From Tubulanus polymorphus (taxonomy: Eukaryota > Animalia > Nemertea), in contig NC_134035.1 in NCBI RefSeq assembly GCF_964204645.1, forward strand, positions 5,394,001 through 5,458,000: a DNA stretch of 64,000 nt. Reading direction: 5' to 3'. The translations under genes and the position numbers were made by a program. Shown in pieces: positions 23,795 through 37,969 of the stretch. The stretch's first letter is position 1, and each line of letters starts with the position of its first letter. The notes under the pieces were generated by a model. That model was given only the letters and a program-made list of their open reading frames with translations, ran no database searches and was not told where the DNA came from.

Positions 23795-26117
23795 ATGCTT
23801 TTTCTAAGTGAATTGGAGCGGATAGCTTTGCTGTCTCGCATAGTTTTATTCTTATTTCAAGTAAGATTGATTAAAGATTGGCTGTTCTTTAATAATCAAG
23901 TGATAATCAAGTGATCAACAGTCCTCCTAAGAAAATAGAATGCAACCAAGCCTGGGCTCTGGTCTGGTTTTTATCTAGTTAGTTACCTAATCGTCGTTGG
24001 TAAGCTTTTACAATCGGATGGGCTAATACCAACTTTGGTTTGTGAAAATATCCGACTGTGAAACTATCCCAAAGACAGGTTACTGACTATTTTTTATCAA
24101 AAATAGGTTATACCTATGGTTTTGGATAGGCCTCTCCTACAAGATCTAGTGAGGCTGAGGGGTAACCTGCTCATTATCATTAGATTACCTTGTAGTCAGA
24201 CCAGTCATTACCTTTATGTTTCTCGTTTCAGGTAATTATCAATGGTTTGATTCCTGATCTGAATCCTGATGTATTCAATCCTCCGTCTGATTCGGATAAA
24301 CCGAATCTAACCGATTCGATCGTTGAATCGCTGCTGGGTGGATTCAGAAGATGGGATTCCGTTTATCTGCTGCATGTCGCCGAACACGGTTACACTTACG
24401 AGAACACGCTTGCGTTCTTTCCTCTATTTCCGATTCTGGTCCGATTAATCGGTAACACTTTATTCTATCCGCTGACCACATTTTTATCGTATCCGAACGT
24501 ACTGTTAGTCAGCGCGGTTTGCTTAAATACGGTCGTGTTCGTGAAATCCGCCGGACTGTTACGTAGTCTCGGCGTCCGCGTTTTAGGGGACAGGGATCTC
24601 GCCGAGCGGGCGGTCGTGATGTTCTGTTTTAATCCAGCGTCGGTATTCATGTCGGCCTCGTATTCCGAATCATTGTTTTTCTATCTGACTCTACGCGGGT
24701 TATTACTCGTCGAAAGCCCGGGTTCGAGCGGCGTCGCCGGTCCGCTGATTCTAGGACTGTCCACCGCGACTCGATCAAACGGACTCGTCAACGGCGGTTA
24801 CGTCGCTTATCGCAATTTTGAAACGTTGCTCCGGTCGATTACCGCTCGAACTAAAATTGGCGCCGTTGCGAAAACGATTATATGGATCTCGATTCGGAGT
24901 TCATTCGGTCTGTTACTGGTCGCTATTCCGTGGGGTTTGTTTCAGTTTTACGCGTATAATATTTACTGCTTCGACGACGGCGCCGCGAAGCTCGATATCG
25001 ACGACCGCATTCTGCGATATGGACACGAACGATCGTATAAAATGCCTCCGTCGTTTTCGCTGTGGTGCTACGATAAAATCCCCGTATCGTACTCGTACGT
25101 ACAAGACGTCCACTGGGACGTCGGTTTTCTGCGTTATTACCGATTCGAGCAAATTCCGAACTTTATTCTAGCGACGCCGGTGATCGTTTTATCCATCTGT
25201 TTGATCTGGGATTACGCTCAACGTCGGACGAGATATTTCCTGACATTCGGAATTCAGGGCGATGCGTCGACCGCGAAGAAGAAAACGGACGTTACCGTTT
25301 TTAAAGAGTTCTACGCCGACGCTTGCTACCCTTACGTCGTACATCTGTTATTTTTGCTGTCGTTCGGAATATTTTTCATGCATATTCAGGTAAAACATAA
25401 TCATTGAACTTGAGCTCGAAAATCTCGAGTAACGGTAAAACTAGGACTTGGTCAACTAACGCCTAACTTGAACAAAAATTGTTTTTTTCTGATTTCTTCT
25501 GTTCTTTTACTCGGACTAAGTCAAGTATTTTGCAGGTCCCAGTTTGTTCCAGGTCCCAGGCTATAATAGATTACTTTAGTATATGATAACTCATGATAGT
25601 AACCGTTGATTGATCAGAGGGCCGGTTCCATAGTCATGGCTTAGACTTAAGACTAGTCTAAGACTATTTTAGTTATAGAGCTAATCTAACAGCTTTAGAC
25701 CAGTCTTAAGATTTAAGACCACTTTTGGACTTAAGTCTCGACTATGGAACCGGCCCCTGATCATTTCAAGTCAAGTCAAATGGAGCTCGAAATTTCTTTC
25801 AAACTACACATCTATGTCCTCTCCTCTCTTAATTTGGATTCAACCATTCAATATATAATGAATATATTTTTCAGGTTTTGACGAGGTTCTTGTTTTCATC
25901 GTGCCCCGTATTGTACTGGTATATAGCGCGCGTTACGCGATCACCACCGACTAGAAAAACGTCCGAGAAAAATAAGGAAACTCAACTGAAGGGAATCATC
26001 CAGCAGATCACGCACTGGAATAAAAACAACTTTAAAACTAAACTGATTTTCATTTACGCGATAATTTACATCACCATCGGAACTGCTCTTCATGTGAATT
26101 TTCTTCCATGGACGTAA
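23795..26117 (+). CDS. PIGV: GPI mannosyltransferase 2, 3 coding exons
   Basis: Exons 23795-23860 (MLFLSELERIALLSRIVLFLFQ), 24232-25389 and 25875-26117. Motifs RRWDSVYLLHVAEHGY, LAFFPLFP, FCFNPASVFMSASYSESLF, TRSNG, YVQDVHWDVGFLRYY...QIPNF, MHIQV-LTRFL and HVNFLPWT*. Confidence 0.93.
25619..25758. mobile_element. PIF/Harbinger-like MITE in PIGV intron 2
   Basis: Terminal inverted repeats ggggccggttccatagtc and gactatggaaccggcccc, with a palindromic interior. Confidence 0.75.
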
Positions 26118-27876
26118 CTTTTGGACGAGTAATAAAACGTAAACGTAATATTTTGTGATAATATTAGTAAATCGGGACCACGATCTAATAAATGAATCTT
26201 AATATTTCTACATGGAGCATTATCGTTTATTTCATTGTGGAGACAAGTGGAGCAATGAATTCCCGAGAAATATTCCAAGGATTGAACGGAAAAACACTGA
26301 TTACTGACTGAGAATCTTCCACAAGTCATTCTAACAACTCAACAAGCCGTTTACATTTTCATTAGTTCCTTTATTTATTCGAAAAGTTATTCAATTTTTT
26401 ATTCATATTCCGTGTAGAAGTGACACTGATTGCATACTCGGACCTGGTGGCACATTGATATGTACGAACTATACCAGTCGAAACTTTATATTAACAATTA
26501 TATATAAAATCACTATTTTCATATCTACGTTTAAAAAACTGCGAAAACTAAGTCTATTTGTTATGTGATGCAATTTTCGCCGAGTTTAGCGGAAATGAAC
26601 TTAATATGAAACCTCTAACGGTTGAATTACAAGACATTTACATCCGAATGAATGTGTGTTGTTAGTTGCAACAGGTTTTAGAGTATAATTGATATATTAT
26701 AGAAATATTCTGCCAGTCCCATTCGATAATAACATACAATATGCGTATCTTTGCTGTAAATAACTGTATAATATCAAACAAATTAATCATAGATTTATTA
26801 TTAATATTGTCGTAAATAGTAAAATAATGTAATAATATTTCTATGGATTACTGGGTACCTCTAATACCTCGTTTTTGGATATTGATAACTTTTAAAAAAT
26901 AAATCTTTCCTATAGATAAATATGAAGACGCTTGACCCAGTACGCAGCTATTTCATTTCATGAAGATATAAGGATCTTTCATAGACAGAATGATTTCAGA
27001 CAATAACGTCTCGTTGAAAAAACTTCATAGGTACTTCATAGACACTTCACTTTGAACAGCTCTTTCATGTTACGCTATGCGGATATGGCAGTTTCTGACT
27101 CGGGACAGAGCTATTTTATATGTACCTGTGACAACTTTTTAGTGGCTACCAAGATAAAAACTCGAGACCGATCATGACAATTCTATTAATACATGAACTA
27201 CCGGTAGTAAAATTCCCAATGTGTCTCGCACTTTAAAACACTATTTAACGATCATTACATTAAAACCTCCACACAAAAAATATTTACACTACTTATATAA
27301 ACTAAGCCATTATTTCATCTAAAATATAATACAGAAAAATAGTCGTTTGTTACTTTTCTAAAAACGAATGTACATTCAACGTACATGCAACAAGTTTTTT
27401 TGACTAGAACTGTGCTTGGCCCTGCAAGCGACAGCTTTATGATGCACCTTTATTTGTTCATTCGCGCGTAGTCTTAATATCTTTACGTATCAATCATTCA
27501 TGGTTGAGATCACGAAATCAGGTCCGCAGTCGACGATCAAAACTGGTCCAGTTTTAACTTCGACCGTAGCGGTTAACTCGGTCAATTTTGAGTTCAAATT
27601 TGTCTACAAATCAAGCCCAAAATTGCACCTGGCGTCCGCATTGGAACGTCACATGATTAAACTATCAACAGTCAGTAAACTGTCGGCAACACACTAGGTA
27701 TTTCACGCTTAACAAACATTAAGAAAAAACCCAAAGCCAGATTTTTAGAAAAACACTTGATTGTTAAATGACGTAAAGAAGGTGGGAAACGGATATTCAT
27801 AATGGCACTACTACAGACGGACACTTGAAACTTCAAATTCACCGAAAGGAAGATAATTGATCAGTTCCTTGTTTAA

Positions 27877-28063
27877 CCCTTTCAGTGCGTCTACACCGCA
27901 GTGCAGTGTATGAATCGGTGAGGGATTTTGCTAGTACACGGCACTGCGGTGTATTGATGTAATTAGTAATTAGTTTTTATCTCTATTGAAAGATGGCAGC
28001 ACCTGTCAAACATAATGGAATATCAGTAACTAACCATACACCGCACCGCGGTGTAGACGCACT
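27877..28063. mobile_element. piggyBac-like MITE with a truncated right end
   Basis: Begins TTAA|CCCTTTCAGTGCGTCTACACCGC. The inverted copy gcggtgtagacgcact at the right end lacks the terminal gaaaggg. Confidence 0.6.
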
Positions 28064-28939
28064 ATATCAGTTCCTTGTTTAAACACAACTGATTCTTATT
28101 ATCTGCGAACACAGTCCAAAGAATATTACCATCTATACAAAACTGTGACCGAGAGACGATTTTCAAACATCTTTGTTTCAATCAAAATTATTGGATTGAC
28201 GCTAAAACATCCATTTTGAAGATGATACTGTAACTTCCTTATTACAACTTATATATCAAAATATACAAATTCAGCCTGTACACGTATTTGCTGGTTCTGT
28301 TAAGCTATCTGCGCCAGTTCAATACTTAGCACATTGTCTATCACACTAATTCATTAAATATCGTTTGTTCAATCAAGCAGGCATTTACAGAATTAAAACT
28401 CGATATAAAAATGGATGCGTACAATACTGATACAGAAATATTATCCCGTTTAGGAGAAATATGACGAAATAAAACACTCGGTAGATCACCGCAGATTTTG
28501 AACCCGAACAGGGATGTGTTCGCAAGACTCTGGTGATAGAATCAAACTGAATGCGAGGTGATTTGGGACATCAATATCAAAACTTAAGTGGTTCATCGCT
28601 TATTGAATGAATTGTCTAGTTTTTATGTACCGAATATAGAACTGACAATAGACTATATAATACATCAAGTCTGGGAAGGAAGATGAAAAATACCACAAAT
28701 TCGCAGGTGAAAATGTTATCAATGGCGGGTCTGATCCGAAGTCAATATTACGAGCTCTGGACAGAGTCGGCTCTCCTCACTGGAAGTTTAAAGATGTCAA
28801 GCGGTCGTCAGTACCACGATAAAACCTGCTTAAACTGTAACGAGGTAAATCTGGATTCTGTTCTGCAGGCGGAATACTATATCACAAGAGGAATCGCTAG
28901 CATATTCATTGGCGCCCGCAATCGGACGATCGCCGATCA

Positions 28940-31900
28940 TCATAACTCGATTTCTCCTCCGTAGATCGCCATCAGTAACATCACGCCGTAACCGGTCATC
29001 AAACCGAGATTTTGAATGAGTAAAGTTTTTAGTTTCGCGCGCGTCGTTCGGTTTTTCTCCGTTTCCACCGCGTGATTCATTTCAGGCATCTGAAACATTA
29101 ACACAACACGTTTAAACGTAGCATTACGATAACTGTCAAAATATCTTGTTTATATTCTAACGGTTATGAAATCAGGGTGGCCACTTTCCCCGAGAGTGAA
29201 TCAGAGAAATATCTTGGTTTAAAATAACAATTAATTCATTTCATTGATTAACAACACGCGGTCAATAGCATTATCCAAATTCCCTGAGTTTTCCATGTGA
29301 TTACACAAAATTCCCTGATCGAATAAGAGTAATTTCTAGGTTTAAAATGTTATAATTCATTCATTTTCCATTGAATAACGATATGATGAATTATAAAAAC
29401 TGAAAAAGGGCAAAAGCAGCTGAAATATTTTTGCTACCCCCTTTCACGTTCAAGGCCTTTCTTGAAAAACATGTTTTCGTTTCACTGCTCTCAATACCCA
29501 TACAGTGAACCTATTTAAGGTTAATTCAACAGCTGGCAGCTGCACCTGCCATACCGTCGAATAGCTAACATCACCTACATTATAAAGACGACGTTATTAA
29601 AAAAAAAAACGAAAGGAGAACGTACCATATCGGCGAGAGATATGTATAGAAACATGCCGCCGGCGACGGCGAAAATCCATCGATTCAAAGACGTGTTCTC
29701 ACCCAACACGATCCCGATGATCAGACCGACGTAGCACGTGCACGCCGATAACAGGTTGTACAAGACGGCTTGACGAACGGTCATACCCGAATTCAACAAT
29801 ATAGCGAAATCACCTGAACAAAATAAAAAGAAAATACATCTGATTATCAGAACATGTACCGCCCTCTCATATATATTGCCAGGTTTTCTCTTTGTACATC
29901 TCTAAACAAAAATATAGTAAAACACCCCCGAATTACTGCCATACTCCACTCTATACCGCCAAAGTCGTTCGTGGGCAGTATATCGAGGGGGGGTTGTCTG
30001 TGTATATAACTTAGTACCATATGTTTAAATAGGGATTGTAGATAAACGTAAATAGAATTAATGAAATGTAAATGATAATGTTAAGCGCGGCGATTGTTTT
30101 TATAGTTCCGCGCTTTACATTAATGAATAAATTATCATTATTATTATCATAATCAAAAATAGAAACTAGATACAATTTCCAAGAATCGATTTAACTATTA
30201 AAATCAAAAACACACTTTCCAAGTAAGTTTCATCTCATTTTCATTAATCATGAGCCGATATTAACATTTTTTTTCGAACCCGATCCTTAAGCAAACAGTT
30301 TCCAAAGCAATAAACGACTTCTAAAAAACAAAATACGAATCCTACACGTACCTAACTCGTGAGGCAATTCCTCGCAGATCACAGCCAGCGAGATGCTGAT
30401 ACCGGACAGGATTTTATCGGAGAACGCCGCGCCGATCGAAAGTCCGTCGATGAAATTGTGCAACGCGTCGCCGAATATAATCATCCAAGCGACGGGAGCG
30501 ATTTCTCGCTTTTCCGTTCGGTCGCCGTGGCGATGGCTAATGCTGTTCTTCGCTACTTTTCCGTTCGATGGAATTTCGCTTTCGTACGCCGCATTCTGGA
30601 TCGACTTTAAAGAGAATAGAACCGTTAGATATTTCCGACTGGCGACGGACGGGGATTGATTTCAGCTCCAACACCAGTTAAACAAAGCATTTTATAAGAT
30701 GTCTGCTTCTTAGTTACTCCCATGACATCATCAAATTGCCTACTACTGATTTGTATACTTCTTGTTATGTTCTTTTTTGGAAATTACGAGAAGACATTTC
30801 CGTCTCCATGATGTCACAAGACGATTCAGGAGGCAGCCGTCTTTCCATTTAACAAAGCCCTAAAATATTTTGTGTTGATTTGTTAAACTATCTACTGGTA
30901 CTTTCGACTATAAGCATATATATATGTACATATATAATCGCTTATTTCTATTGAGTATTAAATTCAGTCTTGGGGTCAAAAATCATTAGATATTTCATAT
31001 TTGTTAGAGATATGATTAGAAAACTATTTCCTAAAGATTCTAAAACTTCACTTTCACCAGATGTAGTATTCAACAACATGTTACGTAATGCTAAAGGTTT
31101 CTTACAGATCAGGTTTTCCCTTGGTTTGGTGTAGAGGACTGTAACTATGTCTGGCATTCAGGCTAGTTGTCTCTAAGCCTTGACCAAAAGAGCAAGACAT
31201 AGAGAATTGACCAGATCAAATCATAAGACATCCTTAGTGAGGGCTCTGTTTCTTCTGGTTTATCAAAGAATCAGTGATCCTCATATTCTAAATGAACCTC
31301 ACTAATGTTTATAAGTGGTTCCCTAATGTAAATGAATAGACCGCATGCTTAACCCTAACTTTTAGCTTCTGATTTATACAAGGTGACTACGTCTGACGAA
31401 TCAGAAGCAAGGGTTAAGTATGAAGGCAATTCGCATAGCAGGTGACCGACTGTGTCCTACAAAGAGACCACACTTGCAGCATGGCCGAATTACAACATGA
31501 ATCGACTTGTTATTCCTGTTTATAAGATAAAAATCTAAAGTTTCAAGTCCAAATCAGTGCACCCATTACAATACATTCCGAATGTAATGTATTATTTTCA
31601 GTTGAGTGGATAAAAATGACAGGCAAAAAATTGTCACAGGGTGACAAATTATCCCAGAAGATTAGGTTGAAAACCATTAAGTTGACTAACACCAGTACAT
31701 TAATGATACAGTACGGTTATGTTCAAGCTAAACACTACTATTTACATCAGGCATTTTAAGTAAATACACTGCTGAATTTTTTAGAGTATTTAGTCAGACT
31801 GAATTTCTATTCTCTGCTGGTAAATAGAGACTCTGGCTGCTCATACATTAAACCTTCAATGTTATAAGCCACTATTGCCAAATGCCTGAAATACGTTCTC

Positions 31901-34900
31901 GGAATTTATAGGAGGCCAAACCTAGGAATTCTTGTTTCATTGACCATGTGAATGAAACAGTGAACCGTAGTAGGAGCATTTCCGAAATTTTCGTATTCTC
32001 GAAAAGTACAAATGTTACGCAGTTTGTGATCTCCTGACGTTACCTGTTTTTCAAATAATGTCAGGGACAATAAATCTAGAATTCCCCGATCTGTAAGAAC
32101 CCTGATTACAAAATACTAACGGTAATATCAAAAATGTATTTTCTGCAATATCAATCACAATCAATTACAATATCAAAGCAACCATCTATTCTCGAAAAAT
32201 CTAACTATCCAGGAGATACATTTTGATTCTCTTATAACAGGGGAATAGTAGAGTTTTGAATTCCTTTCAAACTCAAGTAAAATTTCTAAGAAATTCCCAG
32301 ACACCAGAAGAAAGTACATCAACCACCGAACAGAAATACACATAGTTTTATCAACAAATGGATGAATTTCAAACTGTTTTCATTGTGTGTGCGCTACAAT
32401 AAATATAATGTGATACGTGTACAGTTAACGCTACAAGAACATTTAGAGGAATTAGAATAATACGATGAGAAAATGATCTAGATGTTAAATATCGTTAAAA
32501 CCCTAAAACCGAATGGACAAAACGACAAGAACACATATAGAAATTGGTGAAAGGTGATTTGATTGTGAGTACAATTAACATCGATGACGCGATGATCAGT
32601 CGTGGTCCCGGGATATACATCATTCATACTTACTACTTCGTCTGATTCGGATGTGAGCAAATTAGCCTGCAATTAGCATTCCAGCAACAGCATTAAAGAA
32701 ATAAGTCGATCATCGTTCATTATATTCGAAAACCCAGTTCTAAATTCGAGTGCATTTACACATCTGACTCTAGTCGGTCGATACTTAATGAACTATTGTA
32801 ATTAAATTTCTTACCACACAAAATCAAACGATTCGTAATGAACTAAATCGAAGTTTAATCAACAGTTCAACCAGTACAGACTGAGCGAATCAATTAAGAA
32901 TTCAATAGCATCTCATGTTCCTCCCTTGGTCCCCTCCCTTGCAAAGATTTGAACCTAATGGCATCGGGAGACTCTGCCACATTCCTCCGCATAGATTTTA
33001 ACCTGATGGCATCGTGAGACACTGACACATTCCTCCCTCACGGGGATTTGAATCTGATAGCATCACGTTCCTCCCTAGCAAAGATTTGAACCAAATGGCA
33101 TCGCAAGACTCTGCCACATTGATCCCTCGCAGAGATTTGAACCCGATAGCGTCGCGAGACTCTGCCACATTCGTCCCTCGGGGATTCGAACCTGATGGCA
33201 TCGTGAGATTGCCATCTTCCTCCCTTACAGAGATTTGAACCTAACAGCTTCGTAAGACTCTGCCACATTCCTCTCTCACAAGTTTGAACCTAACGGCATC
33301 GTAAGACTCTGCCACATTCCTCTCTCGCACAGATTTGAACCTGATTAGTATGTGAGACTCTGCCACATCCCTCCCTTTATCTCGTCGCATCTTTCAGAGA
33401 TAGAATCAGATTTTAATGTAATCACGAAGTAGGAGCTGATAAAATATATTCAAAGAGGAAATCAAATCACGGGAAGGAATTCTAAGACGATATGCAATAA
33501 TGTAATATTTACCATCGTCGATACGCTGTTGTTTGGAACGATACGAGCCGTCGAGTCCGTTTTATGGATCGCGTCGCCGTTTCCGTCTGCTGTCAGCGTC
33601 GGAGGGACCTTCAACTCCGGGTCGGTGTCGAGATGCGTTTGCGAAATGGCGGAACAAACCGGAACCGGTAAATCATTGTAGCTCAAATCAATTTCACATT
33701 TGTTTCGCTGAAATCAGACATAAACAGCAGTTGACTTTAACCTTTCGCTACTTGATAATTGTGCACACTCTGTACCAGATTGGTATGTGGCAACGCCTAT
33801 ACAGTTGAAAAGGAACTAATGAAAGGTCATATATAGCCGACCGAAATATCGGTCGCCATGGAATACAATAGGCAAACTTAGCTAAGTTAATTCAAATTGA
33901 ATTTCGCCATCTAGACGTATCACTGGACACATTTAGGCTTACAGTTCATTTATTGGAAACCAATTTCCGGAGAGGAGGGTAAACTTTGTTTAGCAATAGA
34001 GCGTCGAGATATCCCAGACAGCGCAACCGAGTCCGGAGCGCCAGTTCAACAGTTCTCGAGTTAAATCTGACTAATCAGTTACCACTGCGTTTCCTGATTA
34101 TTCACTCATTACCTGTTTTATGCTCATGATCAATTTCATGATTCTTTCCAACATGAAGAACAGATAAATACCACCGATCACCGTCGTACAGAGATAGGCA
34201 TAATCTCTTGGGTCTTCGTACAATTCACCCAATCCTAAAGCCTGGCGAGAAATAAGAAATTTCACAATGAACATAATATTCTCATGCATATCATAGGTTG
34301 TTGGCAGTGAAATTTTTACATTTCTTATATTTGGTCAACAGCACTTCTGTGAGTTTTTATTCCGAGTTTTTCTAGTAGGCCCATCGGTACATAATTGCGT
34401 ACCCATCACTTCTTTATCTAGAGAATTGAAATTGATTGGGACTGATACACGTGTCAATAGTTTCACGCTTTTCTTAATAAGGGAAATCTGTTTCGCTTCT
34501 CTTCAAACATGTACCGGAAAAAAGACTTTGTGAGCAAAAAAGAACATTCGAGGAAAGAATTGACAAAAAGACGTCTGCCTTTGAAAAATTCAGTCTGTTA
34601 CTGCTACACGACACATGGCACAAAGTAACGAAACAATGGACAAAAAATTGGAAGCGACATTGATGCAACGATATCGAAATGTACAGTAGCTTGGTGCAGT
34701 GATTGAATTGAACGCAGTGATTGAAATAAATAAAGCAGGGGCTAGTTTTATAATTAGACTGGCTTTAGAGTAAAACTCGGATCAGTTTTACTTGTTTTTA
34801 CTTTTACCCAATCGGTCTGGTTTTAAAGACCAGTTTTAACTTCATTAACCCAGGGCTGGTTGTATAAACCGGTTTGAAACCTTGGCCTTTTTTCAGTAGT

Positions 34901-37358
34901 TTTGACTTCATCCACTAAGCTGGTTTTTACAACAAATTTTAACATAAACTTAGATGGCGCAATATTTGTACTTATACAAATCACTATCAATGTCTAACTC
35001 TTAATGGTTTCAACTCAGCCGTTGGGGGGCTGATAATATAGACCGGTATTAGCTTAAACCAATGAGCCTGTCCTAAAGACCAGTTTCTACTTGAGACTAT
35101 TACTTACGTCCGGAATTAGAAACAGTAAACCGCTACCGGCCAAACTACCGACCGCTAGCGCCACCATGAACGTGAGTATCGTCTCGTAGAATGATTTCTT
35201 CATGAACGGAAGCACGAGAACGCCGATCAGCGACCCTCCACTGATCACCGTCACAAACAAAAATCCATAGCCCCAAACTGAAAACAAAATATTTACCAAG
35301 TTTGTCATCGTTTTCATCTTTTATCTTATAATTTTACAGGTATAGGTAAATAACATTTCATTAACAGATATCGAATTTTAGAATAAGACTTAATGAAATC
35401 ATTCTTCAACAAATTTTGGGCGCTTCATCAAAACATCAGATTAATTCTGGGCTCCACGGTTTACGGCGCAAAGGAGGGTTAAAAATATTTGGATGCTTTT
35501 CATGAATTTTTCACGAATTCTCAAGATTTTTCATGTTGCATATAATTTTTCCAACAGCAATCTATTTTTCACAACAATCTGACATCGCCCGATATTGAAT
35601 ACATTATCAGAAAAGTCTTTCTTCATTCAAACTGTTCAACCGATTTTTTGCAACTTCATCGAATTGTTTCGTCAATCTCTGTAGTCGTCATACGCCGCCG
35701 CAGTAATAATCATCGATTATCGTCGACGCCATTATCACAATAATCCCCCGCCGTATTTATATCATTACCGATAATAACGATACTTATTTGCCGATTTATT
35801 CAACTGATAAGTTGATAACGTATAATGATAGATATTAGTCTGGACTACGGACCTCATTGGTAAGTCAATAAGTCTGAACTTATTTCGACTTTCCCTTCGT
35901 CGACAATAACACGCGATAAATATTTATAAGTATCGAAATCAAACAACCAGCATTTCGTGTGTGCGTACTCATATTTATGAGGCTAATTTCGGCAGTTACC
36001 ATTCGGAACAAAAACAGAATTATTAAGTGACGTAGCTTAATGTTTCGAGTTCAGTTCTACACTTTTCACGAATCGAACCTGACTTTCAGAAGCGTCAAAT
36101 AAATAAAACATTTAAAACAAACTCATTGTTACTGTACTATTAAACAGACAATGGAATAGTTGAAACATTGCTTTCCTAAGATACAAAATCATTTTACCTT
36201 TTTTTACAAAAATTTCCCTAGCTATCAATGTTTTAATACTTCCATTTTAAAACGCACATTAGGTTGAGCTAGATTTTCATAGTAATGTGCCCGTGAACCT
36301 GGAACTTATTTTGGTACTGATATAGGCCTACCCGGTCCCTGTAAAATACCCAAGGAGTATGAAATGTACATATGATGACGGAGTACAAACTGAAACTGAC
36401 CTTCAGCGGCAGATGGAGGTCGGTGGACTTTATCCGGTACATCGGAACATTCGTAGTTTTGCGCGGTGAACAGAACCGTGGACGAAATCGTATCGAGTTG
36501 ATTCGAGTTTATTGATCCATTCAATGTGTGCAATTGAAAAATATCGTCAGCAGAAAGACACTGAAAACAAATGAAAATGAAATCAGACTAGATTCGTAGT
36601 TGAAGTATCAATTCCACGATGAATTCCATGTTCATCGTTCTCTCAATTACATGAATTCAAAATTAGAAAAAGTTTTCCCAAATATTTCATGGGTGATTTT
36701 TTTCAGTTTTCCCAAATGGCATTTAACAGATACCCTCATACTATATATGATTCATGAATCTTGATGCACTATTTCTTTTTTTAAGGTGGATTAGGTTGTT
36801 CAGCTATTACTACCACAGTAGATGATTGGTTGATATCGGCGAAAATGAAGAAAAATCGCTAAAATAAAAGTTTCACCAAGCAACACACAAGTGAAGTGTA
36901 AAATGGATTTCAATGATATTTCCAGGAAAATCTATCTGCCATCAAATTCACCAATATTTCGAAACCAGGAATCATTATTTCAAAAGTTTATATATCCCCA
37001 ATTTCCCGTAACTGTAGACGCTTACCTTTTTCATATAACAATCGGAAGTTTGAGATTGAATTGGAATCGAGGCATTACACTTCGCGGGGGAGGATGAATC
37101 AGCGCCGAGATTCCCGGAGTGTTTGTCCTTGCCGCCGCGTAAAATATTGCGTAACATCGTCGCTAATTCAGTAGAACTCAGCGTGCCGTTAGTACCGTAC
37201 TTCGTAACTAACGAACTCGCGAACTCTTGTTCGATCGTCGGGTTTTGTGCCACGACCGACGATTTATACGAAAATCCGAGAAACAGCGACGAAACGAAGA
37301 CGATCCGAACAACGGCGCTCGCACTGCCGCGGGGTGTCGATGACATTTTCAGTTCCAT
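28940..37358 (-). CDS. SLC39A14: LIV-1 family zinc/metal transporter, ZIP8/ZIP14 type, multi-exon
   Basis: Signal-peptide exon (37026-37358), then [13 protein letters not shown]...[54 protein letters not shown], the TM5 motif [15 protein letters not shown] (EExPHE, as in ZIP8/14), [24 protein letters not shown] and a last exon ending [11 protein letters not shown]8 versus ZIP14 orthology cannot be resolved here. Confidence 0.88.
32918..33375. repeat. Minisatellite of about nine 50-bp units in a ZIP intron
   Basis: Unit approximately gcagagatttgaacctgatggcatcgtgagactctgccacattcctccct. The core gatt(t/c)gaacc recurs near 32946, 32994, 33045, 33083, 33134, 33183, 33232, 33282 and 33332. Confidence 0.92.
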
Positions 37359-37969
37359 GGCTGAAATATTAAGATTAAAATTTAAAGTGAGTAAAAGCGA
37401 AGTAAATTCAGGCCGATTGGTCCAGCTCTCCGGGGCCTCCCTGAGCCAGATAGCTAGCGACCTATAAAGCTTTCATAAATTCTATTTTTTAAATCATTTT
37501 CATCAGATGAAAATAACCAAGTCTAGGTTATTCAAAAGTTGTGGAAATTCCACTGGTGGATAATTGGTGAAGTGACAATTGAAATTGCATTGTGCGTTTG
37601 TCCACCAGTTAATTCTCACCAACTTTTGAAAACCTCAGCTCCTGATTGTGAAACTAAACTGTAGTTTGGTTACTGATTAGATAGAGTAACAGCTAATGAT
37701 TGTTCTGGTCTGTTGTTACAAGCTCACCTCATAACAAATGAAAATAATTATTCCGGTCCACCTCTTTACACACTTACAACTTAATTAATAGCAATAACTT
37801 TAATCAAGCCTTATTGAGCTGAATCTGTTCATTCATAGTCAATGACTGAGGAGTTTCAGTAGGGCCTACCCTATATAGTACCAGTAGGCCTACTTGAACA
37901 GCGCACTCGAACTACTTATACTTTTCGAGTTTTAGTCTACACACTGACTCTAGTCTCTGTCAGTGTCAG

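Noticed and set aside
26200-28940. Iron-responsive element or SECIS downstream of the ZIP gene
   Set aside because: The CAGUGN loops I checked lacked the required stem and C bulge, and no gene needs an in-frame UGA.
31907-32044. Possible alternative terminal exon of the ZIP gene (VTSGDHKL...FGLL*)
   Set aside because: Weak acceptor with no pyrimidine tract, and a short open frame consistent with chance.
32918-33375. CRISPR array or tRNA gene cluster
   Set aside because: Units are degenerate along their whole length with no unique spacers, there are no cas genes, the context is a eukaryotic intron, and units lack an anticodon arm and cloverleaf.
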